A stretch of 64,000 bases of DNA from Candidatus Bathyarchaeota archaeon. Lineage in GTDB: Archaea > Thermoproteota > Bathyarchaeia > 40CM-2-53-6. Shown here piece after piece: positions 60,154 to 64,000 of this stretch. The translations under genes were made by a program, and so were the position numbers. The stretch covers positions 96,001 to 160,000 of the forward strand of contig CAVTBR010000002.1 of the NCBI GenBank assembly GCA_963733055.1, in the 5' to 3' direction. Position 1 is the first letter of the stretch, and the number at the start of each line of letters is the position of its first letter. The notes beneath the pieces are model-generated. The model was given only the letters and a program-made list of their open reading frames with translations, was not told where the DNA came from and ran no database searches.

Positions 60154-61411
60154 TCAGCTCTTCGAGTAATTCCTTCGCACGATCCACCCTTACTTTTCTT
60201 TCCGCCACCATACGTGCCGAAATCTTATCGATCAAATCGCCTTTCGCACCAACACTGATCGCTACGTTCCGCGCATGCAGGCCCATATGGCCACGTTGGA
60301 TACCCTCACTTGCGAGAGCGCGCAAGGCCGCCAGATTTTGAGCCAAGCCAACCGAGACCATCACTTCCGCTAGATCCCTTGCGGTTTTTATCCCAAGAAT
60401 CTTCACAGCGATCTTCGCAATTGGATTCGATGCGGTCGCTCCCCCAACGATTCCGACGGCCATCGGCATTTCCAGGGTTCCCACTAGGTCACCGTTAGCG
60501 TCTCTCTCCCACGATGTAAGAGAGGTATAGTGCCCCGACCTAGAGGCGTAGGAGTGGGCGCCGGCTTCGATCGCCCGTGTATCATTACCTGTCGCAAGTA
60601 CGACAGCGGTGACCCCGTTCATGATACCCTTGTTATGAGTTGCGCATCGGTAAGGGTCTGCGGCAGCAAAAGCGTACGCGTTCACGATCCCGTCAACAAC
60701 CTCCGCTCCACCAAGCGCATCCTTCGGAAAGGTTGCTTTGGCACGGGCAAGTCTCTTCACCGCTAGGTTGGAGATAATACGTAGAAGAACCCGTCCACCC
60801 GAGATCTTCTCAATGAGGGGAGCAACCGCCTCAGTCATCGTATTGACCGCATTCGCTCCCATCGCATCTCGACAATCAACTAACAGTTCAGCGATAACCA
60901 TCTTTCCTTGAAAAGTGTCGATAATCCGGACTTCTAGGTCTCGAGCCCCTCCGCCCAGGGATACGAGTACAGGGTCTTGTGCGTTGGCATGCTTCAAAAG
61001 TTCCGTTTTTTGAGCTAGAATTTCGAATCTAGCCCTATGCGCGTCGTGAACGCCCACGACCTGAATTTGTCCAATCATAACGGGGTCCGTCGTTGTGGCT
61101 TGGAATCCCCCTTTCGCCCGAGTCATCTTAGCCGCGTTACTCGCCGCAGCAATAACAGAAGGTTCCTCAATCGCCATCGGGATCATCACCTCTCTTCCGT
61201 TTATGAGAAAGTTCATTGCTACACCCATCGGAACCGGCATTACGCCGATAACATTCTCAACCATGCGATTCGCAACATCAAACCCTAGAGCCCCGGGGGT
61301 CTGAAGCGAAGCAGTTTCTTCCTCGTTAAGGCCAGCGAAATCCTTCACTGCCTTTACGCGATCGGCAACGGAGAGCTTGTAGAATCCTGAGAGTTCGGAA
61401 CTCTTGGCCAT
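60143..61411 (-). CDS. HMG-CoA reductase, class II
   Basis: SGFYKL, ENVIG, PMAIEEPSVIAA, DAMGAN, THNKGIMNG and GIQRGHM.LHAR motifs. Confidence 0.95.
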   Translation of the reverse strand: MAKSSELSGFYKLSVADRVKAVKDFAGLNEEETASLQTPGALGFDVANRMVENVIGVMPVPMGVAMNFLINGREVMIPMAIEEPSVIAAASNAAKMTRAKGGFQATTTDPVMIGQIQVVGVHDAHRARFEILAQKTELLKHANAQDPVLVSLGGGARDLEVRIIDTFQGKMVIAELLVDCRDAMGANAVNTMTEAVAPLIEKISGGRVLLRIISNLAVKRLARAKATFPKDALGGAEVVDGIVNAYAFAAADPYRCATHNKGIMNGVTAVVLATGNDTRAIEAGAHSYASRSGHYTSLTSWERDANGDLVGTLEMPMAVGIVGGATASNPIAKIAVKILGIKTARDLAEVMVSVGLAQNLAALRALASEGIQRGHMGLHARNVAISVGAKGDLIDKISARMVAERKVRVDRAKELLEELTKR

Positions 61412-61529
61412 AGGGACATCAATTGAATCCCAAGTAGCTACTTACCTTTAGAACTTGGGATTGGAGACTACGCAAATTTTTTCTTCAAAGTGGATAACTC
61501 TTATAACGCGAATAGTTCGCTCGAACCTT

Positions 61530-62567
61530 GTGCTAGCAGTAGGCGTTGAGAGCCCAACCAACATTGCGCTCGTAAAATATTGGGGCAAACACCCGAAATA
61601 CGAACATCTTCTCATACCCACCAAGAGCTCTGTCTCCTTCACAATTGCGGGGCTCCACGCAAAGACCCTCCTCAAGGTTGAGAGCGGAAAAAGAGAAATC
61701 ACATTTCACTTGAATGGAAAGAAGATAAACGAAACACAAAGCGAATACGATTACGTCAGGGACTTCTTTGACAAAATTACGAGAACATACAAGTTCGCCA
61801 ATGATTATCGGTACGAAATATCCTCTCAAAATGACTTCCCGACCGCATCAGGGTTTGCATCATCTGCCGCGGGGTTTTCCGCGCTAGCGCTCGCATTCGC
61901 AAAGGCCATGACTAAACTAGACCGCTTGCCCCAGCTGAATGAAAGACAACTTTCAGTACTGGCGAGACTAGGATCCGGCTCCGCAGCCCGTTCAGTCCCT
62001 CCTCGAGGCGGATTGGTTATCTGGCACAGAGGTTTTGACAACGCAACCTCAGAGTCTGAGGTCTCCGACCTATCCTATGCCGAAACGCTCTACGAACCAT
62101 CATATTTCGCTGACCTGTCCGTAATCTACGCCAAAGTCGAATCGGAAAAAGAGAAGAAAACAAAAAGCCGAGCAGGCATGAAGGAAAGCGTCCGAAGCGT
62201 ATACGACTACTGGCAATGGGTAGAATACGAAGAAAAAACGCTCCTCCCGACCATTCTCAAAGCGGTTAAGGAAAGGGATTGGGCTCAAATGTTCCAGCTG
62301 ACCAAGCAGGCCTCGAACAACTTTCACGCGGTGTGTTGGAGGACAGACCCGCCCATCATCTACCTAAACGACAAGAGCACCGAAATCATAAACACCATCC
62401 AACCATTACCTCATGCCGCCTACACATTTGACGCGGGCCCCAACGCAGTCGTATTTTCACTAAGAAAACACGCGGAGGAAGTGGAGGACAGTTTGAAGGC
62501 CATTGTTGGGAAGGGAAATACGTACAGAACTGAAGTTGGCGGCGGGCCCAAGGACGCTGAATCGTAA
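61530..62567 (+). CDS. mvaD: Diphosphomevalonate decarboxylase (GHMP family)
   Basis: NIALVKYWGK, FPTASGFASSA, ARLGSGSAARS and YTFDAGPN motifs. Confidence 0.85.
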   Translation: MLAVGVESPTNIALVKYWGKHPKYEHLLIPTKSSVSFTIAGLHAKTLLKVESGKREITFHLNGKKINETQSEYDYVRDFFDKITRTYKFANDYRYEISSQNDFPTASGFASSAAGFSALALAFAKAMTKLDRLPQLNERQLSVLARLGSGSAARSVPPRGGLVIWHRGFDNATSESEVSDLSYAETLYEPSYFADLSVIYAKVESEKEKKTKSRAGMKESVRSVYDYWQWVEYEEKTLLPTILKAVKERDWAQMFQLTKQASNNFHAVCWRTDPPIIYLNDKSTEIINTIQPLPHAAYTFDAGPNAVVFSLRKHAEEVEDSLKAIVGKGNTYRTEVGGGPKDAES

Positions 62568-63701
62568 TTGCCCGCTCAGCCCAAGGCAGACACCATAAAC
62601 GTTCCCGGGAAGGTCCTCTTCTTCGGCGGATACTCCGTCCTAGAACTAGGTCACATTTCCCTCTCCTTGGCAGTGGTCGACGATAAAGGAGAGGGGGTAA
62701 CCGGTGCAGTCGAACAGGCGAACTCAGATGTGCTAGTCGCCAAACAATTTGGGCTTGACATGAAGATCGATTCTCCCGAGCTAACCAGAAAGAACATCGC
62801 TGCCTCAACATTCTTCCTAACCAAACTTTACCTGAAATCCAAGGGAGCTTCCAGCAGTCAGATCGTTTCCCTCACGAATAGTTCAATCTTTGGAATAGAG
62901 CACAAATCTGGGCTTGGAAGTTCAGCGGCCGCGACGGTCGCTGTCGTCAAAGCTCTATTCTTCGCAAACGGAATGAAAGACATCGCTCACAGCGATATTA
63001 TCCATAAGCTATCTCAATACTGCGGCGCTGCTTTCACAAACAAGATCGGCTCCGGCTTTGATATCGCCACTTGCGCAGCCGGCCACAGCATAATCTACAA
63101 GCGATTCAACCCCAGCTCAATCAACTTACCCTCAGACTTCAACAACGTAACAGAAACGACCGAAAGGATTCTCTCTTCGATCGAAAGGCCGTGGCCAGAT
63201 TTGCAAACGCAGCCGGTCTCATTGCCCTCGAAATACGGCTTGCTCTTCTTCAACATCGAGGGAGGAAAGACCTCAACCGTTAGCAACGTACGGACAGTCG
63301 GCGAATGGAAACGTCAACACCCAACCGAATACGCTGAACTCATGGAGAATCAAAATGCGGATGAAATCGAGGCTACCGGGAGGCTGCTAGACGGCGACAA
63401 CGATGGGCTAAGACGCTACACACACTCAGCGAGGGATATTCATAGAAAACTGCAGCAAGTGGTCGCGCAATCCTATGCACTCCTGGACCCGATAGAACCC
63501 GAACCGCTCACGAAGCTGATAGAGTTTGCAGAGAAGATTCACGGTGTCATCGCAGGACGGTGTCCCGGCGCGGGCGGATGGGATGGGCTGGCGTTCATAA
63601 TAGACAAAGACCGATTCGACAAAAACGGAATCATTGCGATCGTTGCCAAGGCGAAGGAGTACAATCTCGCGTTGACACACCTTCCCTTGCAGCTGTTATG
63701 A
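62568..63701 (+). CDS. Phosphomevalonate kinase, ERG8-like
   Basis: VPGKVLFFGGYSVL, KSGLGSSAA, KIGSGFDIA and PGAGGWD motifs; adjacent to mvaD. Confidence 0.82.
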   Translation: MPAQPKADTINVPGKVLFFGGYSVLELGHISLSLAVVDDKGEGVTGAVEQANSDVLVAKQFGLDMKIDSPELTRKNIAASTFFLTKLYLKSKGASSSQIVSLTNSSIFGIEHKSGLGSSAAATVAVVKALFFANGMKDIAHSDIIHKLSQYCGAAFTNKIGSGFDIATCAAGHSIIYKRFNPSSINLPSDFNNVTETTERILSSIERPWPDLQTQPVSLPSKYGLLFFNIEGGKTSTVSNVRTVGEWKRQHPTEYAELMENQNADEIEATGRLLDGDNDGLRRYTHSARDIHRKLQQVVAQSYALLDPIEPEPLTKLIEFAEKIHGVIAGRCPGAGGWDGLAFIIDKDRFDKNGIIAIVAKAKEYNLALTHLPLQLL

Positions 63702-63731
63702 GAGGCGTGAACTGTGGCGAGGGGCAGTTGT

Positions 63732-64000
63732 CTATATGCCGATCATGGTTCGAAGCGTTTGGGAACCTTGCCGTTCGATTTCCTTCGCCACGCGATCCTG
63801 AAGTTCTCGCCCTGGCGTTAGTGCAACCATGTAGCCTCCCCTTCCCCCTCCGGTAAGTTTCGCGCCAACTGCCCCAGCGTCCCGAGCCAGCTTCACGAGC
63901 GCGTCCAACTCTGGGGAGGACACTCCTATCTCCTGGAGCAACTTGTGGTTTTCGTTCATGTACGCGCCCACCCTTTCGAGGTTGAAAGCCTCAAGCTCCT
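63732..64000 (-). CDS. mvk: Mevalonate kinase, C-terminal part (5' end beyond window)
   Basis: MNENH.LL..IGVSSPELD and GAVGAKLTGGGRGG motifs. Confidence 0.85.
   Translation of the reverse strand, partial: ELEAFNLERVGAYMNENHKLLQEIGVSSPELDALVKLARDAGAVGAKLTGGGRGGYMVALTPGRELQDRVAKEIERQGSQTLRTMIGI

Noticed and set aside
1-64000. CRISPR array, cas genes, tRNA or rRNA genes, provirus
   Set aside because: No regularly spaced repeats, cloverleafs, rRNA signatures or viral hallmark genes were recognised by eye.

Overview
An archaeal chromosome segment. RadA, GatDE, thermosome, Sm protein, G1PDH/GGGPS/DGGGPS and a CFI-box-CTERM surface protein point to a TACK lineage, most like Bathyarchaeia; this is inferred from gene content only. 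Most of it is housekeeping: asnS, pyrG, purA, glmS, gatDE, elp3, nucS, radA, pyrC, gltX and an ether-lipid/mevalonate cluster at the right end. About ten genes, including essential ones, are split by single frameshifts, so the assembly probably carries indel errors. The main non-routine items are: (1) a structured purA leader with an alternative anti-Shine-Dalgarno hairpin (riboswitch-like); (2) a complete 2.6-kb IS6-family element with TIRs, an 8-bp TSD, a SWIM/Zn-ribbon transposase, an unannotated RHH regulator and passenger genes, inserted flush against a sequence resembling its own end; (3) an unannotated 35-aa Tyr/Pro/Trp-rich peptide with a perfect RBS; (4) two unassigned GC-rich structured intergenic elements and a recurring GGGYG-N5-CRCCC hairpin; (5) a stand-alone enlarged NurA-HerA pair; (6) a classical-type MVD plus ERG8-like PMK cassette set in opposite orientation between mvk and HMG-CoA reductase. 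All calls come from motif recognition by eye; no database searches were run.
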